Below the pieces are notes generated by a model, which saw only the letters and a list, made by a program, of their open reading frames with translations, was not told the origin of the DNA and made no database searches. The translations under genes were made by a program, and so were the position numbers. DNA of 64,000 nucleotides from Candidatus Bathyarchaeota archaeon. Its GTDB lineage: Archaea > Thermoproteota > Bathyarchaeia > Bathyarchaeales > Bathycorpusculaceae. Where the stretch lies: positions 1-64,000 of the forward strand of contig CAVZIW010000013.1 in the NCBI GenBank assembly GCA_963775465.1, given 5' to 3'. Numbering within the stretch: position 1 is the stretch's first letter; each line of letters starts with the position of its first letter. Below, one piece after another: positions 40,708-51,648 of the stretch.

Positions 40708-41160
40708 TTGCAAGACGAGCATTGGCAAATGCCTGAATGGTGGTATCGAGAAAAACGTCCTTCAAGTGATGAATGTTATTTTGAGAATATGTCTCGAGTA
40801 ATATTTCAAGCAGGCTTAAACTGGCAAGTTATAGATAAAAAATGGTCAACTATTAGAAGGGCTTTTGAAAATTTTAACATTAGCAAAGTGGCAACTTATA
40901 CTGCTTCAGATGTTGAAATCCTCATGAGGGATCAAGGAATCGTCAGAAACAGAGGTAAAATAAAGGCAATAATCCAAAATGCACAAAATTTTGTTGCGAT
41001 AGAGAAGCAGTTTGGCTCATTTCAAAAATATCTCGATAGCTTAGATAAGTCAAGCAATTACGAAGATGTGGTCAAAGATTTAGTAAACAAATTCAAGTGG
41101 TTAGGATCACCCTCGGCGAGCCTATTTTTATACACGGTTGGCGAAAAAATAGAACCGTAG
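40708..41160 (+). CDS. tag: DNA-3-methyladenine glycosylase I-like
   Basis: FQAGLNW, AFENF, GIVRNRGKIKAIIQNA. Confidence 0.85.
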   Translation: MQDEHWQMPEWWYREKRPSSDECYFENMSRVIFQAGLNWQVIDKKWSTIRRAFENFNISKVATYTASDVEILMRDQGIVRNRGKIKAIIQNAQNFVAIEKQFGSFQKYLDSLDKSSNYEDVVKDLVNKFKWLGSPSASLFLYTVGEKIEP

Positions 41161-41215
41161 TTAAGTTTTGTAACCTAAGTTTTTAAATTCAACAGTTAAT
41201 TTATCATCGAAATCT

Positions 41216-41494
41216 ATGAGATCAAAAGTAAGAGTTCACGTTCTGATAAGTGGCAGAGTTCAAGGTGTTTTCTTTAGACAAAATACTAAACTTCGTGCTG
41301 AAATCTTAGGAGTAAAGGGGTGGGTACGCAATTTGGCTGATGGTAGGGTGGAAGCGGTTTTTGAGGGAGAAGAATCAGCTGTAAAGAATGCTGTTGAGTA
41401 CTGCCGCCATGGTCCCAACAATGCCAAAGTTGAAAACGTTGAAGTACGCCACGAGAATTATAGTGGTGATTTTTTCGATTTCCAAATCAGATAA
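41216..41494 (+). CDS. acyP: Acylphosphatase
   Basis: GRVQGVFFR, GWVRNLADGRVE. Confidence 0.95.
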   Translation: MRSKVRVHVLISGRVQGVFFRQNTKLRAEILGVKGWVRNLADGRVEAVFEGEESAVKNAVEYCRHGPNNAKVENVEVRHENYSGDFFDFQIR

Positions 41495-41500
41495 GAAAAA

Positions 41501-41920
41501 TCAGGTTTTTTTCTTGGGCACCCTAAAATGAGAGTCTTTCCCAGCGCTGATGTATTCTCCGCCCATGCCTCGAACTGCGGAGGCTATCTTGGCAAAGTTC
41601 TCTGAGCCTAAGAACATCTTGGGCTGAATTATAATGTAGTCGTCTTTTTCGTCAAAACTCAATCTAGACTCAAGTTCCTCAGGAAAAGACATACGGATGT
41701 CATCTACAGACCTCTGCCTAGATGTGTCAGGTGGAACAACAGATGCGGGAGGAATTATTGATGTATTGATTTGACCAGTAGGTTGCGTTAATTGGCCAAC
41801 TGCAAGTGATTTCAATGACGCAGAAATTGTCCGTAGTTCGGCTGAAATCTTGTTCAATTCTGAGGTAACCGTGTCTACTTTTTGCAACAGTTGAGTTAAT
41901 TTTTCTCTATCACTGTTCAC
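41501..41920 (-). CDS. Hypothetical protein (N-terminal coiled coil, P/T linker, small C-terminal domain)
   Basis: 139 aa with GAGGGAG RBS. Confidence 0.75.
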   Translation of the reverse strand: MNSDREKLTQLLQKVDTVTSELNKISAELRTISASLKSLAVGQLTQPTGQINTSIIPPASVVPPDTSRQRSVDDIRMSFPEELESRLSFDEKDDYIIIQPKMFLGSENFAKIASAVRGMGGEYISAGKDSHFRVPKKKT

Positions 41921-41999
41921 GTAAACTCCCTCTCAAACCCCTAAATAATCGATGAGGCTTATTAAATTGTTTGCAAACTACCCAAAGTGAAAAAACTGA

Positions 42000-43037
42000 A
42001 TGATTGAAATCGATGGAAGCAAAAAAAGCGGAAGCGGTACAATTTTACGTTTATCTATTGCGTTGTCAGCCATCAAACTGCAACCTCTTCATATATTCAA
42101 CATCCGACAGAGTCGCCCCCAACCTGGTTTAAAGCACCAACACCTGGAAACAGTATTAACAGCAGCTAGAATCTGCAGTGCCAAAGTAGAGGGAGCAAAA
42201 TTGGGTTCAAGAGAACTTTGGTTTGTACCAAACAAGATTAATGGTGGTGAGTTCGAAGCTGTGATTGAAACCGCAGGAAGCATCCCTATGCTGCTGATGG
42301 CTGTTTTGCCGATCTGCTTGTTTGCTAACAAACCAGTGCATTTGCATGTGGCAAAAGGCGGAACAGACACTATTCATGCCCCAACAATCAATTACCTAAG
42401 AAACGTTCTTTTGCCAACACTTAAATTGATGGGGGTCAGAGCCGAAATTAATGTTCAAAAATATGGTTATTATCCCAAAGGGGCAGGTGAAGCAACAATG
42501 ACCGTCGAACCTAACAACAACTTAAGACCAATCATACTAGATAGGTTTGGCGAGGTTAAGAGCATAAAGGGTATTTCTATTTGCACTTTTTTAGCTGAAA
42601 GGCAAGTGGCATCGAGGCAAGCTAAGGCAGCACGAGATTACCTCTTTGAAAGAGGGTACACCACCGAAATTCAAGTCGAAAATGATCATTCAAACCTCAT
42701 TCAAAAAGGAAGTTCAATTGTGCTTTGGGCTCAAACCGACACAGGTGCAATCGTTGGCTCTGACGCTATCGGCGAACGACATAAAATAGCCGAGGATGTC
42801 GGCAAAGAAGCCGCCCAAAAACTTTTCACTGAAATTTTATCGCAACCTACTATTGACATTCACTTGGCTGACATGCTCATTCTGTATATGGCTCTAGCAT
42901 CAGGCAATTCGGTGATTCTCTCAAGAACCATCTCTGAGCATATTGAATCCAACGTATGGCTTATTGAAAAAATATTAAATGTCAAATTTATGGTTAAAAA
43001 AACAGATAACCTCTTCAGGATTGAGAAAAACAGTTGA
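42000..43037 (+). CDS. rtcA: RNA 3'-terminal phosphate cyclase
   Basis: IDGS...G.ILR, RPQPGLKHQH, GYYPKGAG, DIHLADML. Confidence 0.93.
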   Translation: MIEIDGSKKSGSGTILRLSIALSAIKLQPLHIFNIRQSRPQPGLKHQHLETVLTAARICSAKVEGAKLGSRELWFVPNKINGGEFEAVIETAGSIPMLLMAVLPICLFANKPVHLHVAKGGTDTIHAPTINYLRNVLLPTLKLMGVRAEINVQKYGYYPKGAGEATMTVEPNNNLRPIILDRFGEVKSIKGISICTFLAERQVASRQAKAARDYLFERGYTTEIQVENDHSNLIQKGSSIVLWAQTDTGAIVGSDAIGERHKIAEDVGKEAAQKLFTEILSQPTIDIHLADMLILYMALASGNSVILSRTISEHIESNVWLIEKILNVKFMVKKTDNLFRIEKNS

Positions 43038-44113
43038 GCAGCAGGTCTGAACAAATTACTTGCATAAAAGTCCCAAAAAACCAAGGGGAAAAGGCTATTG
43101 CACTGGCTAACAAGCTAAGGGCTTTGGACAAAACGTTCTCAATCCAGAGGGATGAACAAAATTTGTGTATTCCTCTATCCAGAGAGTTGCTAGAAACCGA
43201 ATTATCAAAGCTTAAAAAACAAATACCCGAATTAGAATTGATAAAGAATGTTTTTGCAGAGAAAAAACGAGCTCCCGAAAATCTCTTGCAAGCTCTCAAA
43301 TACAAGTTACCTTCGAACTTACGCTTAAAAGTTCCTAAATCATTTGACACAATTGGTGATATCGTAGTCATCGACATCCCACATGAACTTACACCATACC
43401 GAGCATTCATTGGAGATGCTATCCTAAAAACTAATAAAAAAATCCGAACGGTACTTGCAAAGGAAGGTGATATTAGCGGAACCTACCGCGTTCGCCACTA
43501 TTCTTTCATCGCAGGCGAAAGCAAAACTCAAACCAGCCACAGAGAATTTGGCTGCCAATACTATGTTGATATTGCCAAAGCATACTTTTCCCCTAGACTG
43601 TCCCATGAGCATGACCGTGTAGCATCGCTTGTTCAATCAGGTGAAGTTATAGCGGATTTGTTCGCAGGTGTAGGTCCATTTTCGATATTAATTGGTAAGA
43701 GAAACCCAAGGGCGAAAGTCTATGCTGTTGACATTAATCCGAAGGCTGTAGAATTGCTTAAAGCCAATGTTAGAGTTAACAACGTTGACACCCGAGTTTT
43801 GCCAATTTTAGGGGATGCAAGGGATATTGCCCGAATTAAACTTGAAGGTGTAGCCGATCGCGTCATAATGAATCTGCCTGAAACCGCAATAACCTTTACT
43901 GAAGCAGCCTGCAAAGTAATAAAAAAAGAGGGGGGAGTAGTGCATTTTTATGGTTTCATCCGTTCACCTGACTCGATAAATAATCTCAAAGAACGCTTTA
44001 CCGAATTGATTGAGAAAAACGGGCGAAAAGTGGGAGATATTCTTTACGCAAAAAGAATCCGTGAAACTGCGCCATTTGAGTCGCAGGTAGTTTTGGACGC
44101 AAAAATCCTCTAG
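43034..44113 (+). CDS. tRNA G37 methyltransferase Trm5/Taw2 family
   Basis: FDTIGDI, YFSPRL, DLFAGVGPF, IMNLP. Confidence 0.9.
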   Translation: MSSRSEQITCIKVPKNQGEKAIALANKLRALDKTFSIQRDEQNLCIPLSRELLETELSKLKKQIPELELIKNVFAEKKRAPENLLQALKYKLPSNLRLKVPKSFDTIGDIVVIDIPHELTPYRAFIGDAILKTNKKIRTVLAKEGDISGTYRVRHYSFIAGESKTQTSHREFGCQYYVDIAKAYFSPRLSHEHDRVASLVQSGEVIADLFAGVGPFSILIGKRNPRAKVYAVDINPKAVELLKANVRVNNVDTRVLPILGDARDIARIKLEGVADRVIMNLPETAITFTEAACKVIKKEGGVVHFYGFIRSPDSINNLKERFTELIEKNGRKVGDILYAKRIRETAPFESQVVLDAKIL

Positions 44114-44541
44114 GATTCAACAATCAGAGTAATTTTGATTTTTTGTGTTGGATCTTTTAGTTTTTCTACAAAAATTCTTTGTAAATCTTTTGATGCTTTG
44201 TCAGCCTTTATTGCAATTGTTCGGTTGCAGATGTAGTCACTTTTGCGAATAACCATGTCTGTTGGGTGGGTTAAAATTAGATTTGGAGAACCACATGCGG
44301 TGATTCTCTCGGTCAAGTTGTCTGCCTCGATTACGATTGTAAGTTTAGCGTTTAATTTTCGCAACTCACTTTTAAATTTTGAACCTAACTTGTTTAGCGG
44401 CTTGTCGACAGCAACCGTCACAATGCAATCCCCAGTTTTGGATAGATGCTCATCTTTTGTTATCATCAACGTTGTTGGGTGAATAGATAGTATGTTTTCA
44501 TGCCCATGCCCCAAAATGAGTTCTCTTGCTTTACTAGTCAT
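44110..44541 (-). CDS. DUF371 family protein
   Basis: GHENI...HPTT, GDCI, VIRKSDY...RT...ADKAS. Confidence 0.88.
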   Translation of the reverse strand: MTSKARELILGHGHENILSIHPTTLMITKDEHLSKTGDCIVTVAVDKPLNKLGSKFKSELRKLNAKLTIVIEADNLTERITACGSPNLILTHPTDMVIRKSDYICNRTIAIKADKASKDLQRIFVEKLKDPTQKIKITLIVES

Positions 44542-45507
44542 TTACTCGCGAACCTCAATAGAATCAACTTTGCCATCCCCATCTAAATCAAAACCTTGAA
44601 TTACAACCGCAAAAGTGTCTTCACTGAGATATTTCTGAAGTGTAGTTCTCCAAAAATTTGTCAAAGCAATGACACATGCTTTTGTACCCACAGCTTTGTT
44701 GCCTGCTAAAACAATTATCCTCTTGGTTCTATCCCAGGGATTTTCGATTTTGGCGATTAAACCCGTCATATCTGAAGTGTAAACCTGCATAGTTTTTTTG
44801 GAAGATAAACCTCCAAGTAAGAAACCTTGGTCGTTTGATTGCATGATAAAGTTGATAGGCAGATATTCGTTGATTTCCTGGGTTAGCAGGTTTGTTCCTG
44901 GACCGCCCACAAGTATGAGGTTGTTTTTCTCTTCTTTTTCTACCTTCATATCAACGTCCAATTTCACGACGAACTCTGTTGGAATTTTCAAGAACTGCCC
45001 TAAAAAGAATGCTAAATGTGCAGCATAGTGACCATCGCGAGAGCTAGTTTTGAAGGGCCCATGTGGTTGTGGGCTGCCAACAACGATTTTTCCGTCAAAA
45101 ACCCCGTCGTCAAGGAATTCTTTGAAAAACGCTTGCAATTTTTCTTCTGTGCCTAATAAGCATAGGTTTTGAATTACTTTGTAGCCTTTTGGAAACTCTA
45201 TTCCAAATGCAGGTGAAGTGGTTTTGTAGTATTTTGCGGTTGCGCCTTTCTTTTTTTCTTCTTTTGTAACTGCTATTGCACCTGATTCAGCTAGTTTCCG
45301 GATATGATAGTAAACTTTTTGCTCGTGAAGATCTAGTTGCCGAGCGATTTCAAGAGGGTACATTTCCTTCTCTGAGAGAAGGGTTAAGATTTTCCAGCTG
45401 AGCTTGCCTAGCATTGATTTTAGTTTTTGGGAATCTTCTAGGATTTTGATTTCTTTTACTTCTTGGTTGTTATCATGGTCCCGCAGAAGTAACTTCTTTT
45501 TGTCCAT
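44542..45507 (-). CDS. ArsR-type HTH protein with C-terminal S-layer-like domain
   Basis: YPLEIARQL...VYYHIRKL; NLILVGGPGTN; DLDGDGKVDS. Confidence 0.75.
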   Translation of the reverse strand: MDKKKLLLRDHDNNQEVKEIKILEDSQKLKSMLGKLSWKILTLLSEKEMYPLEIARQLDLHEQKVYYHIRKLAESGAIAVTKEEKKKGATAKYYKTTSPAFGIEFPKGYKVIQNLCLLGTEEKLQAFFKEFLDDGVFDGKIVVGSPQPHGPFKTSSRDGHYAAHLAFFLGQFLKIPTEFVVKLDVDMKVEKEEKNNLILVGGPGTNLLTQEINEYLPINFIMQSNDQGFLLGGLSSKKTMQVYTSDMTGLIAKIENPWDRTKRIIVLAGNKAVGTKACVIALTNFWRTTLQKYLSEDTFAVVIQGFDLDGDGKVDSIEVRE

Positions 45508-45530
45508 TGTTACCGGTATGCAGTAACAAT
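45506..45530. promoter_or_regulatory. Perfect 8-bp inverted repeat over the HTH gene start (candidate operator)
   Basis: ATTGTTAC-N9-GTAACAAT. Confidence 0.4.
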
Positions 45531-45724
45531 AAACGCACTATAAAAAATTTAGTTATAATGGTTCTAAAACTGCATGCTCAAAAGACGCAAAATTATTGTT
45601 TTTATGGCAAAAAAAGCTGAACGCCTAGAAAAAAAGTTTTAGCGGTGCTACTCTTATGTTAAAATACTTTATAACAAACTTAGCTATCCATAGTTGTCAA
45701 ACATGTCTAAATGAAGGTCTGAAA

Positions 45725-47554
45725 ATGTGTGGAATATTCGGCTGCATTTTAAAGGAAGGTAACGCTGCACCCCTGATACACTCATCTCTTAAACGCCTCG
45801 AATATCGAGGATACGACTCCGTGGGAATCGCAACAATCTCGTGTGGAAAAATATTCATGAAAAAAGACCAGGGTAAAATTGACGAAGTCCACAAAATCGT
45901 TGACCTTGATGATTTACCCGGCAATGTAGGAATCGGTCACACAAGATGGGCAACTCATGGAGCACCCCTCAAAATCAACTCTCATCCTCACGCCGACTGC
46001 ACCGGCGATATTGTGGTTGTCCACAACGGAATAATTGAAAATTTCCTTGAACTCAGAACTGAACTGCAAAACGTAGGTCATACATTTGTTTCAAAAACAG
46101 ATACAGAAGTTATGCCTCACTTAATCGAGGAGACGCTGAAACAAAACCCAAAAATGAGCTTGACTCAAGCGGTTTTAGAAAGCCTTAAACGTATCGAAGG
46201 TTCGTACGCTTTTGCAATCATTTCCACAAGAGAACCGGACAAGATTATTTGTGCTCGCAACGAGAGCCCCTTAGTTTTAGGAATTAACGGAAAAGGCGTT
46301 TTCTGTGCCAGTGACATCCCAGCTTTTTTGCCCATAACTAACAAGGCTGTCATGATTAACAACGGCGAACTCGTCATTTTAAAAGCCGAGGGTTACGAAA
46401 TCCGCAACATCTCAGACAACAGTTCCATCACACGTGAACCCACAACCATTGAATGGACAGCTGAAATGGCGGTCAAACAGGGTTATCCACATTTTATGAT
46501 TAAAGAAATCCATGAACAACCCGAAACCTTGCGCAACACTCTACGTATCCAAGACCATTATTTAGATTTGCTCTCAACTTTTCTTGACAGGGCAAACGAA
46601 GTGTTTTTGGTTGCCTGCGGAACAAGCTATCACGCCTGCTTAGCAGCATCCTACATGTTTTCCAAGCTGGCTTTTCTTCCAACTTACCCAGTTTATGGCT
46701 CAGAATTTGTCGAACAACACGGCAAATCTGTAAATATCGATAGCACTATTCTTGCAGTAAGCCAATCAGGTGAAACTGCAGACACTTTAGCGGCAGTTAC
46801 CTGCGCTCAACAGCGAGCAGCAACAGTTTTAGGCTTAACTAACGTCATCGGATCCACTTTAACACGAATTTCCCGTGTATATATTGGCACGCAGGCTGGT
46901 CCAGAAATCGGTGTTGCAGCCACTAAAACCTTCACTTCTCAACTTTCTGTCTTAGCACAATTGGCACTTAAACTAGCCAAGAAACGTGGCAAGATTTCTC
47001 AAGATGAAATCGATTGTCTAGAAGAGAAATTGCAAAACCTGCCTGAAGTTGTTAACACCGTAGTGCAAACTCAGGAAGAGAAAGCTAAGCTGCTGGCTAA
47101 GAAATATCGCGATTCAAAAATATTCTTTTACTTAGGAAGAGGTATAAGCACAGCAACTGCGTTTGAAGGAAGACTCAAACTCATGGAAATAGCGTATATT
47201 CCGTCAATTGCATTTCCGGCTGGCGAGAGCAAACATGGTCCAATTAGTCTAATCGAGAACGGGTTCCCTGTTGTCTTTGTCTGTCCTAGAGACGACTCCC
47301 ATAGAATAGTCATAGGGAATATAATGGAGATGAAAGCTCGAGGTGCCCAAATCATTGCTATCATTGAAGAGGGAGACCAAGAAATTAGAGACTTAGCTGA
47401 TGACTATCTTGAGGTACCAAAAGGTATTCCAGGAGTGCTTTCTCCAATTCCATTTGCAGTACCGCTTCAGCTCTTAGCGTACTACATGTCTTTAGAGAAA
47501 AAGCTCAATCCCGACATGCCTAGAAACTTGGCCAAGTCAGTTACTGTAAAATGA
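45725..47554 (+). CDS. glmS: Glutamine-fructose-6-phosphate transaminase
   Basis: MCGIFG, LEYRGYDS, GHTRWATHG, SQSGETAD, PRNLAKSVTV. Confidence 0.97.
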   Translation: MCGIFGCILKEGNAAPLIHSSLKRLEYRGYDSVGIATISCGKIFMKKDQGKIDEVHKIVDLDDLPGNVGIGHTRWATHGAPLKINSHPHADCTGDIVVVHNGIIENFLELRTELQNVGHTFVSKTDTEVMPHLIEETLKQNPKMSLTQAVLESLKRIEGSYAFAIISTREPDKIICARNESPLVLGINGKGVFCASDIPAFLPITNKAVMINNGELVILKAEGYEIRNISDNSSITREPTTIEWTAEMAVKQGYPHFMIKEIHEQPETLRNTLRIQDHYLDLLSTFLDRANEVFLVACGTSYHACLAASYMFSKLAFLPTYPVYGSEFVEQHGKSVNIDSTILAVSQSGETADTLAAVTCAQQRAATVLGLTNVIGSTLTRISRVYIGTQAGPEIGVAATKTFTSQLSVLAQLALKLAKKRGKISQDEIDCLEEKLQNLPEVVNTVVQTQEEKAKLLAKKYRDSKIFFYLGRGISTATAFEGRLKLMEIAYIPSIAFPAGESKHGPISLIENGFPVVFVCPRDDSHRIVIGNIMEMKARGAQIIAIIEEGDQEIRDLADDYLEVPKGIPGVLSPIPFAVPLQLLAYYMSLEKKLNPDMPRNLAKSVTVK

Positions 47555-47620
47555 TTTCGTAATTTCACTATCCCAACACCAATAAAAGCTGTACAAATCC
47601 AAAATGAAATTGTTATTAAT

Positions 47621-48649
47621 CTAACTAAACCATTTTTCCAGCGAAACTTTCCCTTTCTGCTTTTTACTGCTGGCAGTCATTCGCTCTATAGCTTTTTTGA
47701 TTCGTTCTTCACCAAAGTCTTTTTGGCCGCAGAGAAAGTCAAGTAAGCTTTGCTCGTTGGGTTCTTTCCATTCTATTTTATAATCGTCGGTTACTTTTGG
47801 ATGGAGAAATATTTCTCGAATTTCAGGTATTTTGTCTACAAAGGATACTTTTTCTATGTGTGGAAGCGCTTTATCTAGGGTGCTGTATCGTTTTATGAGT
47901 TTCAGAGCTTTTTTTGGTCCTATCCCTTTTACACCATCTGGATTGAAGTCCGTCCCGATTATTATTCCGACATCAATTAGCTGTTCATAGGTTATTTGGC
48001 ATTGGGTAAGTGTCTTTTGCAACTCTACAATTTCAGGCTGTACTTCAATTATTGCTTTTCCGCGTCTTCGTCTACCGGAGATTGTGACGTTTCTGAGCAG
48101 TTTATTTGCTCCAAATAGGAGACTGTCGTAGTCTTGGCTTGCACAGTAATCAGCATCGCCTTTTCTGTTCATGTGGGCTGCTTGGGCTTCTCCTTCGCCG
48201 GGGGCTTGAATCCAAGGCAATCCCATTAAATCCAAGATTGTTTTGCTGTCATTTAACATGTAATCTTTCATTCTTGTTGCCACTTGAGCGTACATTCGCA
48301 TTTTTTCTTTGTCGCCAGTTGCTGCGGCTTTGGCATAGCTGGCAACTGCTTCAACTTTTACTTGCTTTCGGCGTTCAATCTCGGCTGCCTTTAATGCGGG
48401 AGATGTGCCATCAAAAACGTAGATGGGTTTAATCGCCATTTCAGTTAGGTTGATTGTGCGGTAGAAGAGCCCGCTTATGTGGCTTGTGATTTTGCCTGTG
48501 CTGTCTTTAAGTGGAGTACCATCGGGTTGACGAATGATACTGAGGAATTGGTAGATTGCGTTGTATGCGTCTATTGCTATGATTTTGCCCGAGAGGTCTT
48601 CAAGTTTTATTTGGGTTTTTGGAATGAGGTCTTTGAAGTTTACGCCCAA
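47621..48649 (-). CDS. fen: Flap endonuclease 1
   Basis: YQFLSIIRQPDG, EGEAQAA, GTDFN, PIP-box-like SLEKWF. Confidence 0.97.
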   Translation of the reverse strand: MGVNFKDLIPKTQIKLEDLSGKIIAIDAYNAIYQFLSIIRQPDGTPLKDSTGKITSHISGLFYRTINLTEMAIKPIYVFDGTSPALKAAEIERRKQVKVEAVASYAKAAATGDKEKMRMYAQVATRMKDYMLNDSKTILDLMGLPWIQAPGEGEAQAAHMNRKGDADYCASQDYDSLLFGANKLLRNVTISGRRRRGKAIIEVQPEIVELQKTLTQCQITYEQLIDVGIIIGTDFNPDGVKGIGPKKALKLIKRYSTLDKALPHIEKVSFVDKIPEIREIFLHPKVTDDYKIEWKEPNEQSLLDFLCGQKDFGEERIKKAIERMTASSKKQKGKVSLEKWFS

Positions 48650-48796
48650 AACGATTCACAAAATATGATAGGCAAGAAACCGTCTTAAGAGGTTTACTAA
48701 AATATCTTATTCGCAGAAGACATTTTTTGATTAATTGGAAAACTGGATTCAGTCCAGTGAGGGTGCTGAGCGAGGAAAAGATGGCTAAACTATCTA

Positions 48797-49024
48797 TTAT
48801 GATAGTTCGATTCGTCGTTTTCCCCTTGCCATAGAGGATGTGCGAATTTTTCCACTTACTTCTAGTTTTAGAAGCAAATCGTTGAAGTCTTTGAAGCCTA
48901 AATCTTCATATTCGCCTTTTAGTTGTCCAAATAATTCATCGTCTGTCATGTCGCCTTTTTTGCTTAGAATTTCTATTAGCACATAGTAGGCTGGTCGGGT
49001 TTTCCAAGTCTTTAGTTGTGGCAT
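48797..49024 (-). CDS. Small winged-helix protein
   Basis: EILSKKGDMTDDEL...LLKLEVSGKI; directly downstream of cdc48 with AAGGA RBS. Confidence 0.75.
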   Translation of the reverse strand: MPQLKTWKTRPAYYVLIEILSKKGDMTDDELFGQLKGEYEDLGFKDFNDLLLKLEVSGKIRTSSMARGKRRIELS

Positions 49025-49037
49025 TATTTGTATCCTT

Positions 49038-51209
49038 CTATGAAACTGGGGTTGCTGGCTTTTGTACTTGTCGGATTTGCTGCATAAAGCTCTTGTACCA
49101 TTTCTCGATGTCCGGAGATGTTGATGGTCCCATTTCTTTCAGTGCATCTTGGAAGTCCTTCATGGTTACTTCCTGAGTTGTTACGTCTCGACGTAGTGAG
49201 TGCATTGCTGCTTCGCGGCATAGTGATTCAATGTCAGCACCTGAGTAGTATTTAGTCATCGTTGCTAGTTGGTTTATGTCGACATCTTGGGTGATTGGCA
49301 TACCTTTGGTGTATATCTTAAAGATTTGTAAGCGGCTCTTTTCGTCGGGTTCAGGGACGTAGATTAGTCGGTCAAATCGTCCTGGTCTTAGAACTGCTGA
49401 GTCAACCATATCTGGGCGGTTGGTAGCGGCTACTACAACTATGTCCTGTAATGAAGTAATGCCGTCCATTTCAGTTAGCAATTGGCTGATGACTCGTTCA
49501 GAAACGCCGCTATCTGACATACCCATTCCGCGTCGTGGAGTGAGTGAATCAATTTCATCTAGAAATACGACGGCTGGAGCTGCCATTCTGGCTTTCCGGA
49601 ATACTTCGCGTATTGCTTTTTCTGATTCTCCAACCCATTTGCTGAAGACTTCTGGACCTTTAATGGAGATAAAATTTGCCTCGCTTTCTGTTGCCACCGC
49701 ACGTGCGAGCAGGGTTTTTCCACAGCCCGGAGGACCGTAAAGCAGGATGCCTTTTGGTGCTCTTATCCCTAGACGAGTGAACATCTCAGGGTTTTTAATT
49801 GGCCATTCAACTGCTTCTTTGAGATGTTGTTTGACATCGTCAAGTCCGCCTGCATCGTCCCAATGGACAGTGGAGACTTCGATGTAGACTTCACGCATTG
49901 CGGTTGGTGTTACTTCTTTGTAAGCACCTGAGAAATCTTCCATAGTTACTTCCATCTTTTCAAGCACTGCAGGTGGAATTCGTTCTTCTTCTAAGTTGAT
50001 TTGTGGTAGGTATCTTCGGAGTGCTTTCATCGCGGTTTCTCGACCAAGCGCGGAAAGGTCTGCACCAGTATATCCATGTGTCATGGCTGAGAGTTTCTGT
50101 AAGTCTACGTCTTCTGCAAGTGGCATTCCGCGTGTGTGAATTTGCAGGACTTCGTAGCGTCCTTTCTTGTCGGGTACGCTGATTTCGATTTCGCGGTCAA
50201 ATCGTCCTGGTCTGCGTAATGCTGGGTCGAGAGCGCCTGGTCTGTTGGTTGCGCCAATTACTATGACGTTTCCTCTGCCTGAAAGACCATCCATTAGAGC
50301 TAATAATTGAGCAACGACGCGTCTTTCAACTTCGCCTGTGACTTCTTCACGTTTTGGTGCAATGGCGTCAAGTTCGTCAACAAAGATTATGCTTGGTGCG
50401 TTTTGTTGGGCTTGTTGGAATATTTCGCGTAGTCGTGCTTCGGATTCGCCGTAGAATTTGCTCATGATTTCGGGGCCGTTAATTGAATAGAAGTTTGCTT
50501 CGGATTCGTTAGCTACGGCTCTTGCAAGTAGGGTTTTGCCGCAGCCGGGTGGACCGTGAAGTAGGACGCCTTTTGGGGGTTCAATACCTAATCGTTGGAA
50601 TAGTTCGGGGTGGCGTAGTGGCAATTCAACCATTTCTCGGACACGTTGGATTTCTTCGTGTAATCCTCCTATGTCTTCGTAGGTTGTGCGGGGTAGGCCT
50701 TTGCCTTCTGGGGCGGGTTCGTTTAATATGGTTAAGCGTGTTTCGGTAGTGACTTTTATGATGCCGTGAGGACGGGTTTTTGATACTGTGAAAGGTATAG
50801 CGTGGCCTAGCATCATAACTAGTGTTGTGTCGCCTTCGACCAAAGTGCGTTCCATTAGGCGGTTTTTAACAAAGTTTGTGAAGTCTTCATCTACGTTTAG
50901 ACGCATATCTACTGGCGCTAATGTTAATGAAAGGGCAGTTTTGACTTTGGCTGGTCTAACAACTACATATTCGTTTATTGCTACGCCGCAGTTTTTTCGG
51001 GTAAATCCGTCAATGCGGATAATGTCGCGGTTTTGGTCTTCGCTGTATGCTGGCCATGCTATGGCGCTTGTAGTGCGTTTGTTTACGATCTCAATTACGT
51101 CTCCAGCGCTTATTCCAAGTTTTTGCATGGTACGTTGGTCAATTCGGGCGATTCCTCTGCCCACATCTCTTTGTCGTGCGTCTCCGACGCGTAGTTGTAC
51201 TTCACTCAT
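49038..51209 (-). CDS. cdc48: Cdc48/VCP AAA+ ATPase
   Basis: N-domain plus two [11 protein letters not shown] modules, RPGRFDR. Confidence 0.97.
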   Translation of the reverse strand: MSEVQLRVGDARQRDVGRGIARIDQRTMQKLGISAGDVIEIVNKRTTSAIAWPAYSEDQNRDIIRIDGFTRKNCGVAINEYVVVRPAKVKTALSLTLAPVDMRLNVDEDFTNFVKNRLMERTLVEGDTTLVMMLGHAIPFTVSKTRPHGIIKVTTETRLTILNEPAPEGKGLPRTTYEDIGGLHEEIQRVREMVELPLRHPELFQRLGIEPPKGVLLHGPPGCGKTLLARAVANESEANFYSINGPEIMSKFYGESEARLREIFQQAQQNAPSIIFVDELDAIAPKREEVTGEVERRVVAQLLALMDGLSGRGNVIVIGATNRPGALDPALRRPGRFDREIEISVPDKKGRYEVLQIHTRGMPLAEDVDLQKLSAMTHGYTGADLSALGRETAMKALRRYLPQINLEEERIPPAVLEKMEVTMEDFSGAYKEVTPTAMREVYIEVSTVHWDDAGGLDDVKQHLKEAVEWPIKNPEMFTRLGIRAPKGILLYGPPGCGKTLLARAVATESEANFISIKGPEVFSKWVGESEKAIREVFRKARMAAPAVVFLDEIDSLTPRRGMGMSDSGVSERVISQLLTEMDGITSLQDIVVVAATNRPDMVDSAVLRPGRFDRLIYVPEPDEKSRLQIFKIYTKGMPITQDVDINQLATMTKYYSGADIESLCREAAMHSLRRDVTTQEVTMKDFQDALKEMGPSTSPDIEKWYKSFMQQIRQVQKPATPVS

Positions 51210-51359
51210 AACTAACTTCTCCAAATAATTGTGATTTAAATGGTTGAAGGGTGTGTTTGAAAAAGAAGTTTATTGTATATAAACTTTAAAGAATGTCTTT
51301 TCGATCTTTCAGGGGCTTTTTAGAAAATGATTAAGGGTTGTTTTGTAGAATTTGATGGT

Positions 51360-51635
51360 TTAGCGGCTTGTTCGGCGTACTTGGAAGGCTTGTGCTTGGC
51401 TTACACCTTGTATTTTTGCGAGTGCTGTTTCGAATTCGTCGACTAGACCATGTTGGTCTTCTGGAAATTGAATTTGAACAAGGAGTGCTACGAGTCCGAA
51501 GGCAATTGGTTCTTCGCCCCATCCTTCGATTTGACTATCTTGTGGTAGAATGGCTTTAATTTGGGCTTTAAGTGGTTCAAAGTTTTTCACTATGTCTTCG
51601 GGAAAGACCTTGTAGGTTACAAGGATATGACCCAT
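51360..51635 (-). CDS. ef1b: Elongation factor 1-beta
   Basis: KVFPED, EEPIAFGLVAL. Confidence 0.92.
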   Translation of the reverse strand: MGHILVTYKVFPEDIVKNFEPLKAQIKAILPQDSQIEGWGEEPIAFGLVALLVQIQFPEDQHGLVDEFETALAKIQGVSQAQAFQVRRTSR

Positions 51636-51648
51636 TGTTTTTCACCTT

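Noticed and set aside
45531-45724. glmS ribozyme in the glmS leader
   Set aside because: AT-rich promoter-like spacer with no recognisable ribozyme core; the ORF-track extension to 45656 would also displace catalytic Cys1
48742-48758. ACTGGA-TTCAG-TCCAGT hairpin upstream of fen1
   Set aside because: Six-bp stem; at most part of a terminator
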